The notes: generated by a model not told the origin, from the sequence alone. A DNA stretch of 64,000 bases from an uncultured Trueperaceae bacterium (GCA_963727505.1 CAVSGP010000006.1:168124-232123), one strand, 5' to 3'; positions 28,979 through 43,349 are shown, counted from the first letter of the stretch. Numbers and translations are program-made.

Positions 28979-29701
28979 ATGCTTCTGGAGATGCGCAATG
29001 TAACGGCCGGCTACGACGGCAGTGACGTACTCAAGTCTCTCGACCTCAACGTGGAGGAGGGCTCGGTCACGTGCATCGTCGGGCCCAACGGTGCGGGTAA
29101 GTCGACGGTGCTGAAGGTGGTGAGCGGCCTCCTCAAGCCGCGGCGCGGCGAGATGCTCTTCCAGGGACGCGCCGTCACCGGGCTCAACCCGCGCAAGGCC
29201 CTGGGGCTCGGCATCGTCCAGGTGCCGCAGAACCACAGTCTCTTCCCGGACATGACGGTCCGCGAGAACGTCCGCCTGGGCGGCTTCACCATCCCCGATC
29301 CCGCCCGCGTCGAGGAGCGCATGCGTGAGGTCGAAGCGATGTTCCCGATCGTGCGTGAGCGTGCCGGCGAGAAGGCGGGCAACCTCTCCGGTGGCCAGCA
29401 GCGGCTGGTGGAGTTCGCGCGCTCGCTGATGCTCGACCCCCGGATGATCCTGCTCGACGAACCCTCGATGGGTCTCGACCCGAAGACCATGAAGACGGTG
29501 TTCGAGACCGTGGCGCGTATGCATGAGGGTGGCCGGACCATCCTGCTGGTCGAGCAGAACGTGCGGGCCGGACTCGCCATCGCCACCCGCGGCATCGTGT
29601 TGGAGAGCGGGCAGGTGCGCCTGGAAGGTTCGCACGACGAGGTCCTCGGCAACCCGCAGATCGGCCGGCTCTACCTGGGCACCGCGCTCGCCGACGCCTG
29701 A
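28979..29701 (+). CDS. livF: Liv-type ABC ATPase (LivF-like)
   Basis: [29 protein letters not shown]. Confidence 0.93.
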   Translation: MLLEMRNVTAGYDGSDVLKSLDLNVEEGSVTCIVGPNGAGKSTVLKVVSGLLKPRRGEMLFQGRAVTGLNPRKALGLGIVQVPQNHSLFPDMTVRENVRLGGFTIPDPARVEERMREVEAMFPIVRERAGEKAGNLSGGQQRLVEFARSLMLDPRMILLDEPSMGLDPKTMKTVFETVARMHEGGRTILLVEQNVRAGLAIATRGIVLESGQVRLEGSHDEVLGNPQIGRLYLGTALADA

Positions 29702-29744
29702 CGCCTCGGCGCCCCGCGCGCCGCGAGGTGTACCGTCCCCGACG

Positions 29745-29773
29745 TCGCCCGGCGAGACCGTTTCGCCGGGCGA
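29745..29773 (+). terminator. Hairpin closing the second transporter operon
   Basis: TCGCCCGGCGA...TCGCCGGGCGA inverted repeat. Confidence 0.45.
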
Positions 29774-29841
29774 TTAGACTGGAGCGCAGGCGTCGCCCGC
29801 TGGAGGGACACCGTTCGAGGCAGGTCGCTGGAGGGAGCCAC

Positions 29842-31944
29842 GTGCTGAGTACCCCGGAGAAACTCGTCTTCCTCGTTCTGACGCTCGTGTCGTTGTATTT
29901 CGCGGTCCTGGGGTTCGCGCGGGTGATCCGCGTGGTGCGGCGCGGACCGGAGGGTGCCTACCCCCGGCTCGACCGGCTGCCCGTCCGGCTGGGCGACGGC
30001 CTGATGCGGGTGCTGTCGCAGCGCACCGTGTTCCGGGCGCGGCCGTGGGTGAGCTTCTTCCACAGCTTCATCTTCTACGGCTTCGTGCTCTACCTGTTCG
30101 TCAATCTGATCGACTTGCTCAACGGCTACCTGCCGCACGCCTGGACCGAGGGGATCCGGCTGGGCGTGGTGGGCGACGTGTACCGCTTGCTCGCGGACGT
30201 GCTCACGGTGCTGATCCTGGTCGGCATGGTCTACATGCTGGTGCGCCGCTTCTGGACCCGCGACCCGCGCCTGGAGATGGGCGACTCCACGCTGCTGCAC
30301 GACAAGGTGCGGCTCGGCGGCATCCAGCGCGACAGTCTCATCGTCGGCGTGTTCATCGTGCTGCATGTGGGCTTCCGGCTCTTCGGCGAGAGCTTCCTGC
30401 TCGCTTCCGAAGGGCACCCTGACGCCTTTCAGCCCGTCGCGAGCGCGGTGGCGTCGGCGGTGGGGTTCGGGCCCGGGCGCATCTGGGGTTGGCATGTCGG
30501 CTGGTGGGCGGCGCTCGGCATGATCCTGGCGTTCCTGCCGTACTTCCCGCGTTCCAAGCACCTGCACCTCATCGCCGCGCCGTTCAACTTCGCCTTCGAG
30601 AGGCGCAGCGAGGGTGGCGGGCGCGTGTCGAGCGGCGCGCTCGAGCCCATCGACTTCGAGGACGAGTCGCTGGAGCAGTTCGGCGTCGCTAGCCTCGAGC
30701 ACCTGCGTTTCCCGCAGCTCCTCGACCCCTACGCCTGCATCCAGTGCAACCGCTGCGCCAACGTGTGCCCGGCCAACCAGACCGGCAAGGCGCTCAACCC
30801 GGCCGCCCTGGAGATCAACAAGCGCTACGAGCTCAACCTCGTGGGGGAGGCGTTCGCGCGGGGCGAGGCCAGCCCGCGCCCGCTGATCGAGTTCGCCATC
30901 CCCCCCGAGGCGTTGTGGGCCTGCACCACCTGCGGTGCGTGCATGGAAGTGTGCCCGGTCGGGTGCGAGCAGATGATCGATATCGTCGATATCCGGCGCG
31001 ACCAGGTGCTCATGCAGGGCGAGTTCCCCTCGGAGCTGCAGACCGCCTTCCGCGGCATGGAGCGCACCGGCAACCCCTGGGGTCTCGGCCAGGACAAGCG
31101 CATGGACTGGGCCGAGGGGCTGGAGGTCCCCACGGTCGAGCACAAGCCGGACTTCGAGGTGCTGTTCTGGGTCGGCTGCGCCGGCTCCTACGACCCCGCG
31201 GCGCAGAAGACCACCCGCGCCATGGTGCGCATCCTCGAGCAAGCGGGCGTGAACTACGCGGTCCTGGGGAAGGGCGAGAAGTGCACCGGCGATCCCGCCC
31301 GGCGCGCGGGCAACGAGTACCTCTACTATCAGCTCGCCACCGAGAACGTCGCGGTGCTCAACGAGGCGCTGGCCTCGGAGGCGCTGGACGAGGGGAGCCA
31401 GAAGCTGGTGCTGACCACCTGCCCGCACTGCTTCAATGCCCTGTTCAACGACTACCCGCAGCTCGGCGGCGACTATCGGGTGGTGCACCACACCCAGCTC
31501 ATCGAGCGCCTGGTCGCTGAGGGGCGGCTGCCGCCCGTGGAGCTCGACGCCAGCGTCACCTACCACGATCCCTGCTACCTGGGGCGCCACAACGGCGTCT
31601 ACGACGCGCCACGCAACGTCTTGACGGCGGGCGGCGGCGAGCTGCGCGAGATGGAGAAGAACCGTAACGACGCGTTGTGCTGCGGGGCCGGCGGCGCCCA
31701 GTTCTGGAAGGAAGAGGAGGAGGGGCGCATGCGCGTGTCCGAGCTGCGCTTCAGCCAGGCCAAGGCGACCGGCGCCGAGGTCGTGGCGGCCGCCTGCCCC
31801 TTCTGCAAGGTGATGCTCTCCAGCAGCGAGAGCGCCGAGAGCGAGGGTGCGCCGGAGGTCCTCGACGTGGCTCAGCTCGTGGCGGCGCAGCTCGATGCCA
31901 TGCAGGCGCGCGTCTCCGGAGGGAGCGAGGCCGCCGGCGACTGA
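29842..31944 (+). CDS. Membrane Fe-S oxidoreductase (HdrD/GlpC/FadF-like, CCG domains)
   Basis: N-terminal TM region; CIQCNRCANVCP and CTTCGACMEVCP 4Fe-4S motifs; YHDPCYLGR; CCGAGG; ACPFC. Confidence 0.92.
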   Translation: MLSTPEKLVFLVLTLVSLYFAVLGFARVIRVVRRGPEGAYPRLDRLPVRLGDGLMRVLSQRTVFRARPWVSFFHSFIFYGFVLYLFVNLIDLLNGYLPHAWTEGIRLGVVGDVYRLLADVLTVLILVGMVYMLVRRFWTRDPRLEMGDSTLLHDKVRLGGIQRDSLIVGVFIVLHVGFRLFGESFLLASEGHPDAFQPVASAVASAVGFGPGRIWGWHVGWWAALGMILAFLPYFPRSKHLHLIAAPFNFAFERRSEGGGRVSSGALEPIDFEDESLEQFGVASLEHLRFPQLLDPYACIQCNRCANVCPANQTGKALNPAALEINKRYELNLVGEAFARGEASPRPLIEFAIPPEALWACTTCGACMEVCPVGCEQMIDIVDIRRDQVLMQGEFPSELQTAFRGMERTGNPWGLGQDKRMDWAEGLEVPTVEHKPDFEVLFWVGCAGSYDPAAQKTTRAMVRILEQAGVNYAVLGKGEKCTGDPARRAGNEYLYYQLATENVAVLNEALASEALDEGSQKLVLTTCPHCFNALFNDYPQLGGDYRVVHHTQLIERLVAEGRLPPVELDASVTYHDPCYLGRHNGVYDAPRNVLTAGGGELREMEKNRNDALCCGAGGAQFWKEEEEGRMRVSELRFSQAKATGAEVVAAACPFCKVMLSSSESAESEGAPEVLDVAQLVAAQLDAMQARVSGGSEAAGD

Positions 31945-32108
31945 ACCGGAGGCCGTCGACCGGCGGGGCCGGCGGCCTGCGGGTCGAGTGGAATTGTCGG
32001 CAGGCCGGCCCCGCACGCGGCGCGTATCCTGTGGGGCGGCGACCGCGTGGTGATGGTGATGGGGGAACGGCCGGCGGCCGCCCGAGTTCTCGAGGAGGCC
32101 GGACCCCC

Positions 32109-34706
<2,598 letters not shown>

Positions 34707-34758
34707 ACGGCGTTGGCGCCCGCCCCACCGGGCCGTCGCGCGGGCTATGCTGGCCCGC

Positions 34759-35355
34759 ATGACGCGGATGAAGCGCAGCCTGCTGTGGGCGCTGGTACTG
34801 GTGGTGGCGGGAGTCGTGGCGTACGGTCTCGGGATCTTGCTACACCCCTCGCCTCCGCTCGCCGGTCAGGCCCTCGAGAACAACCCGCCCGACGTTGCCG
34901 ACGTCCATCTCGTCGACGGTGCGGGCGAGCCGGTATCGCTGGCGGACTTCCAGGGAAAGGTGTTGCTCGTCTACTTCGGCTACACCCGCTGCGCCGACAC
35001 CTGCCCGCTCACCATGCAGAAGCTCGCCAAGGCCTACCGCGACGCCGGCGCGCCCGGCGACGTGCAGGTGGCGATGATCACCGTCGACCCGAGCCACGAC
35101 ACGCCCGCCGTGCTGGACAAGTGGGTGAAGCAGTTCGACCCGAACTTCGTCGGGCTCACCGGCTCCGCCGATCAGATCGCCGCGGCCGCCAAGGCCTTCA
35201 TGATCGGCTACAGCACCGGCGGCGAGCCGAGCGACCACACAGCGGTCGTCGAGGTCGTCGGGCGCGACTCGCATATCCGCTACATCTACGGTCAGGGAGA
35301 GATCGTCAAGCTGAGCGACGACCTGCCGCGACTGTTGGCAGCCAGAGCAGGCTGA
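34759..35355 (+). CDS. SCO1/SenC family copper chaperone
   Basis: YFGYTRCADTCP (CxxxC), TVDP, DHT; N-terminal TM anchor; TATGCT 7 nt before ATG. Confidence 0.92.
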   Translation: MTRMKRSLLWALVLVVAGVVAYGLGILLHPSPPLAGQALENNPPDVADVHLVDGAGEPVSLADFQGKVLLVYFGYTRCADTCPLTMQKLAKAYRDAGAPGDVQVAMITVDPSHDTPAVLDKWVKQFDPNFVGLTGSADQIAAAAKAFMIGYSTGGEPSDHTAVVEVVGRDSHIRYIYGQGEIVKLSDDLPRLLAARAG

Positions 35356-35408
35356 GCCCGCAACCGCGTGTTCGTGCCGACAGCGTGCCGGCCGGGTGCG
35401 ATGCGCTC

Positions 35409-36074
35409 CTAGGTCAGGGCGATGCGCTGCGCGAACTCGACCAGCGGCTCGCGCCGGAACCGGTAGGTCCCGCGCGTGCCCTCGAGCAGGCCGAGGTGAC
35501 GCAACTCGCCGAGCGTGGCCGTGGTGGTCTCGCGGGCCGCACCGACCATGGCGGCGAGGTTCTCGTGCGTGAGCGGGAGGGTGATGCGTACCACGCCGCC
35601 CTCGGACTGCTGGCCGAAACGCTCCCCCAGCCGCAGCAGTGCGCGCGCCAGGCGTGCGCCGACCGGGAGCTCGCCGTCTTCGAGAGCGTCCGTCATGCGG
35701 GTGAGCTGATCGCCGGTGGCACGGAACAGGGCGGGCTCGAAGGCGGCGGCCTCCTCGCGGGGGACCACCGTGACCACGACGCTGGCGCCGAGCGCCTCGG
35801 CACTCTCGCGCAGGGCGGCGCCACCGGGCGCCAGGGCGCCGATGAGGTCGCCGGGGCCGGCCACGCCGATGATGCGCTCCTTGCCGGAAGGAACGTCGAT
35901 GGCGAGCTTCACCAGGCCGTGCACCACGCGATACACCGTGTCGGCACGGTCGCCGGCACGGTACAGCAGTTCCCCCTTGCCCAGCTCACGGCGAGGATAT
36001 CCGTCCAGGCCGCGAGGCGGAGGCGGAGGGCTGTGCCAGCCCGCGTAGAGAGCGGCATCGAAGCTCGGCGTCAC
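35409..36074 (-). CDS. Crp/Fnr family transcriptional regulator
   Basis: cNMP-binding-like N-domain; LTHENLAAMVGAARETTT HTH; no Fnr-type Cys cluster. Confidence 0.9.
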   Translation of the reverse strand: MTPSFDAALYAGWHSPPPPPRGLDGYPRRELGKGELLYRAGDRADTVYRVVHGLVKLAIDVPSGKERIIGVAGPGDLIGALAPGGAALRESAEALGASVVVTVVPREEAAAFEPALFRATGDQLTRMTDALEDGELPVGARLARALLRLGERFGQQSEGGVVRITLPLTHENLAAMVGAARETTTATLGELRHLGLLEGTRGTYRFRREPLVEFAQRIALT

Positions 36075-36149
36075 GGCTGTATTCTAGCCGCCCCCACGCG
36101 GAAACGCTGTTCGATGCTTGGCAACGGCCTACCAGGCTAGCGCTCCTGC

Positions 36150-37456
36150 TCAGCCGACCGCCACCTCGCGGCGGAATGCGACGGCGCCGCCGACGACCGT
36201 CAGCGTTGGCCAGCCGTGCAGGCGTTCGCCCGTCCAGGGGCTGAACCTGGCCTTGCTCCGGAAGTGCCGCGGGTCGACCGGGCGCTCGGTCTCGAGGTCG
36301 AGCAGCACCAGGTCGGCAGGCGCACCGACCTGCAGGCGTGGCCGATCCCAGCCCATGACGGCGGCCGGACCGTCCTGGAGGAGCCGCAACAGGTCCGCGA
36401 GCTCGAGCTCGCCGGACCGGACCAGGCGCGTGTAGAGCACCGGGAAGGCCACCTCGATGTTGGGCAACCCGAAGGGCGCGCTCATCAGATCACGCTCCTT
36501 CTCGGCACGGGTGTGCGGAGCGTGATCGGTGCCGATGCTGTCGACCACGCCGCGCCGCAGCGCCTCCCGCAGGTAGGCCACGTCCGCCTCGCTGCGTAGC
36601 GGAGGCGCCACCTTGAACACCGGGTCGAAGCCCAGCAGGGCGGCGTCGGTGAGGGTCAGGTGGTGAGGCGTCACCTCGCAGGTGACCGGCGCCCCCAGCG
36701 CCTTGAAGTGCTCGACGACCTGCATGGCGCGCTTCGAGGTCACGTGCGCGATGTGCACGCGCGCCCCGGTGAGGCGGGCTACCTCGCAATCGCGGAACAC
36801 CATGACCGCCTCGGCGGCGTCGGGGTTGCCGGGCAGGCCGAGCTGCTGACTGACCTCACCCTCGTGCATCACGCCGTCCCCGCGCAGGCTGGGGTCCTCG
36901 GAGTGGGTCTGGATGACCAGGCCGAGCTCGGCGGCGTACTCGCAGGCGCTGCGCATGAGCCGGCCGTTGGCCACCGGGATGCCGTCGTCGGTGATCATCA
37001 CCGCGCCCGCGGCCTGGAGCGCCGCGAAGTCGGTGAGCGTGTCTCCGCGCAGGCCGTGGCTGAGCGCGGCACCCGGCCGTAGCCGGGCCCCCGGCAGCCT
37101 GGCCGCCTTCTCGACAAGCTCCGCCACCAACCCGGGCTCGTCGACCGTCGGCGTGGTGTTCGCCATGCTCACCACCGTGCCGAAACCTCCGGCCGCCGCC
37201 GCGGCGAGGCCGCTCGCCAGATCCTCCTTGACCTCCTGGCCGGGCTCGCGCAGGTGGGCGTGCAGGTCGAGGAAGGCTGGCGTGAGGAGCGCGCCGCCGG
37301 CGTCGACGACCGTTGCCGCGCCGGCCTCGGCGCCCGCGCCCTCGCCGATCGCCTTGATCGCGCCGTCCTCGACCAGCAGGTCGCCCACGCCGTGATCGCC
37401 GTCGCCGTCGAGGAGGCGTGCACCGGTGATGACGAACCGTTCCATCACCCGAGCGC

Positions 37457-37460
<4 letters not shown>
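36150..37460 (-). CDS. pyrC: Dihydroorotase
   Basis: DLHAHLREPG, MANT, EVTPHHL, GTDHAPH; in the pyr operon. Confidence 0.95.
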
Positions 37461-39160
<1,700 letters not shown>

Positions 39161-39220
39161 CGCTCGATTGTAGCTCCGGGGCGTCTCGGACTCAAGCGGG
39201 GTGTTGTTCGCGGCGGCGGG

Positions 39221-39258
39221 TTCAGCTTCGCTTCAGCCAGGGTTCAGGGGCGCTTCAG
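39221..39258 (+). promoter_or_regulatory. Four TTCAG direct repeats at 11-bp period (OmpR/PhoB-type boxes)
   Basis: TTCAG at 39221, 39232, 39243 and 39254. Confidence 0.6.
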
Positions 39259-39293
39259 CGCCCGCGGGCATGCTGACGTTCAGGAGGTTACGC

Positions 39294-39716
39294 ATGAAGC
39301 GCACAGCCATGTTCGTCTTCGTCACCGCTGCCATGCTGCTCGCCGGTGCCTGGGCGAGCGGACTGCCGCAACAGGGTACGGTCCGGGTCATCAACGACCA
39401 GGGTGCCCTCGTGGGAGCCGGGAGCGTCCATGACGGCACGATGGAGGTCGAGCTGACCGACGCCGCGACCGGATTCGTTTCGCTCCTCGTCTCGGACGCG
39501 AACGGCAAGACCACCTGGGTGCAGGCGGTGGTCCCCGTCGACGGGTCGCTCCACATCGTGGCCAGCGACGGCGTCCTTCCCGCACACGCCTTCGCCTCAC
39601 GGAACGCCCTCGCTTTCGAGTTGCATAGCCACGCCAACGTCGAGGCCAGCAACGCGCCCGCCGGGAGCGCTCAGGACGAGTCCCGCGAGAGCGGCGGGAA
39701 CAGCGTTCGCGACTGA
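39294..39716 (+). CDS. Hypothetical secreted protein
   Basis: AGGAGG RBS; signal peptide ending AWA; beta-rich domain similar to the next gene. Confidence 0.75.
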   Translation: MKRTAMFVFVTAAMLLAGAWASGLPQQGTVRVINDQGALVGAGSVHDGTMEVELTDAATGFVSLLVSDANGKTTWVQAVVPVDGSLHIVASDGVLPAHAFASRNALAFELHSHANVEASNAPAGSAQDESRESGGNSVRD

Positions 39717-39989
39717 CGTACAGGCCGACCCCGACCGGGGCCGGCCTGGCCCGAACTCCTTCGGAGACCCGTGCCATGCGACCACCATGGCCTGTGATGG
39801 TCTCAACCACTCCCCCCTTCGGGTGGGGCGCGCCCCAGCGGCCGCCCCACCTGGCCTCATGCGGGATTCCGCGCCATCCCGGGAGGCGAGAGAAGGCCGT
39901 CGGTCGACCGGGACGTGTTCCAGGGCTAGCCCGAGGGCCCTTCCGGGTTGCACAATGAGGACACCGTGTAGGGAGGATGGAAGCACTTC

Positions 39990-40541
39990 ATGAAGAAACT
40001 GACCCGTTGGACGGTCGCCCTCGCCGCGGCCCTGCTCGTCGCCCATGCGGCGGCGTTGCAGCCGGCCGACGGGACCGAGGTGGTCGTCACCGACGCTGGG
40101 GGCCACCAGCTCGTCGGGTACGGGGTGGTCAAGAACGGCTTCCTGATGCTCCGCATGGGGTCTTCGGCGAGCGCCTTCGTGATGGTGCTGGTCGCGCCGG
40201 ACGGCTCGGTCCAGAGCTTCGATGGCGTACACGGAGCCGGTGGTGCGCTGCTCGTCGACCTCGCCGACGGTACCCGTGAGAGCCTTAGCTCGTTGCTCGG
40301 CAAGAACGACATCGCATTGCGCGTGGTGCACCAGGCCGCAGGCTCGGGCTCGTCGAGGGCGGGCTCTTCGGAGGGCGGGTCCGAGGGGAGTGACACGAGC
40401 GGCGGGAGCGACGCGGGCTCCGGCGATTCGTCGGGCTCGGGCGACACCTCCATCTCGGTCGGTGACGGGAGCTCCCCGGACACGGGCGTCTCCGTCGACA
40501 CCGGCGATTCCTCATCCAGCGACAGCACCGATGGACCCTGA
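39990..40541 (+). CDS. Hypothetical secreted protein with a Ser/Gly/Asp-rich tail
   Basis: Signal peptide; shares the GT.V.....G..LVG.G.V..G pattern with 39294-39716; its stop overlaps the response regulator start. Confidence 0.75.
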   Translation: MKKLTRWTVALAAALLVAHAAALQPADGTEVVVTDAGGHQLVGYGVVKNGFLMLRMGSSASAFVMVLVAPDGSVQSFDGVHGAGGALLVDLADGTRESLSSLLGKNDIALRVVHQAAGSGSSRAGSSEGGSEGSDTSGGSDAGSGDSSGSGDTSISVGDGSSPDTGVSVDTGDSSSSDSTDGP

Positions 40542-41217
40542 GTCTTCCGCGGGCGCGTCCCGCGCGCGGATCCTCGTCGTGGAAGACGACTCCGCGCTCG
40601 CCCATCTCGTCGTCGAACAGCTCGGGCACGCAGGCTATCGCGCCGAAGCGGTCGGGCTCGGGCGCGAGGCGCTGGTGCGCGCCCAGGAGGGTCCCTTCGA
40701 CCTGGTCGTGCTCGATCTGAACCTCCCGGACGTGGACGGCATCGAAGTTGCCGAGCGCCTGCGGGAGGACGGGGACGCGGCCATCCTCATGCTCACGGCT
40801 CGAGCCGACGTCGACAGCCGCGTCGAGGGCCTCTACGCAGGCGCCAGCGACTACCTCGCCAAACCCTTCAGCGTGCAGGAGCTGCTGGCCCGCGTCCACG
40901 TGCGCCTGCGCGAGCGGCAGGCGACCGGCGTCCTCCGTCACGGTGAGCTGGAGCTCGACCCCGACGCGCTCAGCTGCCGCTGCGGAGAGGACAGGGTGGT
41001 GTTGCCAGAGCGCGAGTTCGAGCTTCTGAGGCTGCTGGTGCGCCACCGTGGCCGGCTCTTCTCGCGCGAGGACATCGAGCGCGCCCTCTACGGCGTGGAC
41101 ACGCCGGAGTCCAACACCGTCGAGGTGTTCGTCTACAACCTGCGACGCAAGCTCGGCAAGCTCGGCCACAAGGAGATCATCCGCACGGTGCGCAACCGCG
41201 GGTACATGGTGCTCTAG
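40531..41217 (+). CDS. OmpR-family response regulator
   Basis: ILVVEDD, LDLNLP (phospho-acceptor Asp), MLTA, YLAKPF, VFVYNLRRKL, IRTVRNRGY. Confidence 0.95.
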   Translation: MDPESSAGASRARILVVEDDSALAHLVVEQLGHAGYRAEAVGLGREALVRAQEGPFDLVVLDLNLPDVDGIEVAERLREDGDAAILMLTARADVDSRVEGLYAGASDYLAKPFSVQELLARVHVRLRERQATGVLRHGELELDPDALSCRCGEDRVVLPEREFELLRLLVRHRGRLFSREDIERALYGVDTPESNTVEVFVYNLRRKLGKLGHKEIIRTVRNRGYMVL

Positions 41218-41450
41218 CGGGCCCCGACGGCCTCGACGATCCCAACCCCAGGTTCATGAAGTCCTCGCATGGGACGTGCGTGAGACGGGTCTGCCTAGTC
41301 GGGCACGGCATCGGTCTCGATGGGTCCAGGTGAGGATGCGGGCACGCTCAGCGTGCTCCGCAGGTCCTCACGTGCGGGCCTCCTAGCGTGAACGCCATCC
41401 GCCGCCGGGCGCCGCAACGAGGGCGCCGGGCCGCGATGGGAGGTCACGGT

Positions 41451-42095
41451 ATGACACGACCGCGCAAGCATCGAACGTTCGCGTTCCTGGCCGTCGCCGC
41501 GCTGCTGATGCTGGCCGCTGCCGGCAACGTCCTGGCCGAGGGCGTGCACGCCTCCTCCGTGCAGCTCTACGCCGGCCTCCCCGGGTTGGGAGGCCGGCTC
41601 GTCGACCGGGCGAACCGTCGCATGCCGGACGCGGGCCGCGAGCCGCGCGTCCTCATCACCACCGTGGAGAATGCGCCAATGCTGCGCCTGTCATGGGCGG
41701 CGGCTGAAAGGGCGGGCGCAGCGCTCGACCCGGGCGCCGAACGTCTCGTTCCGCACGGGGCCGTGGTGCTGAGCGAAACCCACAGCGAGGGCCGCGTCCA
41801 CATCGCTCTCGTCCACCCGGACTGCGTGGACGCCCGCATCCCCGCCCGCCACGCAGTCGCCCGCGGCGCAGTCGCCACCCGCGCTGCCGCCACCCGCGCT
41901 GCCGCCACCCGCGCCGCGGTGTCGGTGCGCTCAGGGGGCTCGGAGGCGGAGGGTTCGCCCGGCGCCCCGGGGGGCCGGGCGGTGCTCAGCGCGGCGGCCG
42001 GCGCCGGGCGACGGTCCGGTAGAGCCGCTCCCCTCCGAACGCCAGGATCGAGAGCCCGGCCACGAACCAGAGCTGCGCAGGGTGCTCGCGGATGA
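41451..42095 (+). CDS. Hypothetical exported protein (3' end uncertain; runs into the convergent permease)
   Basis: GGAGG RBS and a signal-peptide-like N-terminus; the C-terminus is low-complexity repeat sequence and overlaps the opposite gene by ~110 nt. Confidence 0.4.
   Translation: MTRPRKHRTFAFLAVAALLMLAAAGNVLAEGVHASSVQLYAGLPGLGGRLVDRANRRMPDAGREPRVLITTVENAPMLRLSWAAAERAGAALDPGAERLVPHGAVVLSETHSEGRVHIALVHPDCVDARIPARHAVARGAVATRAAATRAAATRAAVSVRSGGSEAEGSPGAPGGRAVLSAAAGAGRRSGRAAPLRTPGSRARPRTRAAQGARG
41852..41914. repeat. 15-bp-period tandem repeat
   Basis: CGCCACCCGCGCTGC x~3, preceded by CGCAGTCGCC x2 at the same period. Confidence 0.75.
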
Positions 42096-43266
42096 CCTGC
42101 GCCAGCAGCGTCAGCAACGCGGCCGCCGACGCCGTGGCCGCCAGCCACGAGACGCTCCGGCGTGCGCCCGTGCGACGGGCCAGGCGGGCGCTGGCGACGT
42201 TGACGAAGGTGAAGATCAGCAGGAAGCCCGCGCTGCCGACGGCCGCGATGCTGGCCAGCGGGACCAGGTTCGCGAGGACCAGGGTGGCGCCTCCGGTGAT
42301 CAGGAGCCCTTCGATCGGCCGGTTCCATACTTTGTGCTCGAGCTCCTCCGGCAGCTCGCCGGAGCTGGCGATGACGAAGCTGACGCGTGCCGCGCCGTAG
42401 AGCGAGGCGTTGATCGCCGACGCCGTGGACAGCATCGCCGCCACCGCGATGAGGGCGAACCCCGCTTCGCCCAACGAGGGCCGCGCGGCCACGGCCAGGG
42501 CGTAATCCTTGGCGTCGACCAGGGTGGCCGCCGGCACCGCGCCCACCGCGACGAGCGCCACCGCCACGTACAGGGCCACCACGAAGCCCACCGCCAGGTG
42601 ATAGGCGAGGGGCAAGGTCTTCTCGGGGTCGCGTACGTCCTCGGCGGCGTTGGCGATGAGCTCGAAGCCCTCGTACGCCAGGAAGATGAGCATGCCGCCG
42701 GCCGCGAGCGCCAGGGGAGAGGACCAGGTCGTCGGCGCAAGGCGGCTGGCGTGGATGGCGAGCGCCCCCGCGCCGACGAAGACGAGCAGGATCGCTACCT
42801 TCAGCCCGACGATGACGGTCTCGGCCCGTCCCACCACGTCGGCCCCGAACATGTTGAGAGCGGTGATGATCACCACCACCGCGCTGAGCAGCAGGTGCCG
42901 TACGGCCTCGTGGGCGGGGCCGGTCGCGAAGCTCGAGCCGTAGCTGCCGAACGCCTGCGCGTAGAGCGCCAGCATCACCAGGTAGCTGAGCCACAGCATG
43001 ACGTTGAGCCCGCCGCTGAGCATGCCGGTGCCGAACGCTTCGTTGAGGAAGGTGACGGTGCCGCCGCGGTTGGGGAAGGCCAGCGTGAGGTGCACGTAGC
43101 TGTTCGCCGTCAGCAACGCCACCAGCCCCGCGAGCAGGAACGCCAGCGGAGCGCCGCCGCCCGCCAGCTCGACCGACAGCCCCAGCACCGCGAAGATGCC
43201 GCCCCCCACCATGCCGCCGACACCGATGGCGACCGTGCCCCACAGGCCGATGTTGCCTCGCTCCAC
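41986..43266 (-). CDS. APC family amino acid permease
   Basis: GVGGMVGGGIF (TM1); FLAYEGFE (TM6); about 12 TM segments. Confidence 0.92.
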   Translation of the reverse strand: MERGNIGLWGTVAIGVGGMVGGGIFAVLGLSVELAGGGAPLAFLLAGLVALLTANSYVHLTLAFPNRGGTVTFLNEAFGTGMLSGGLNVMLWLSYLVMLALYAQAFGSYGSSFATGPAHEAVRHLLLSAVVVIITALNMFGADVVGRAETVIVGLKVAILLVFVGAGALAIHASRLAPTTWSSPLALAAGGMLIFLAYEGFELIANAAEDVRDPEKTLPLAYHLAVGFVVALYVAVALVAVGAVPAATLVDAKDYALAVAARPSLGEAGFALIAVAAMLSTASAINASLYGAARVSFVIASSGELPEELEHKVWNRPIEGLLITGGATLVLANLVPLASIAAVGSAGFLLIFTFVNVASARLARRTGARRSVSWLAATASAAALLTLLAQVIREHPAQLWFVAGLSILAFGGERLYRTVARRRPPR

Positions 43267-43349
43267 GCTGATGCGCTCCCCTCCGAGCCGTACCGCGCCC
43301 AGCGTACTGCGGCCTGCTCGTGCGCGGGGCGCGGGTGAATTACCGCCAA

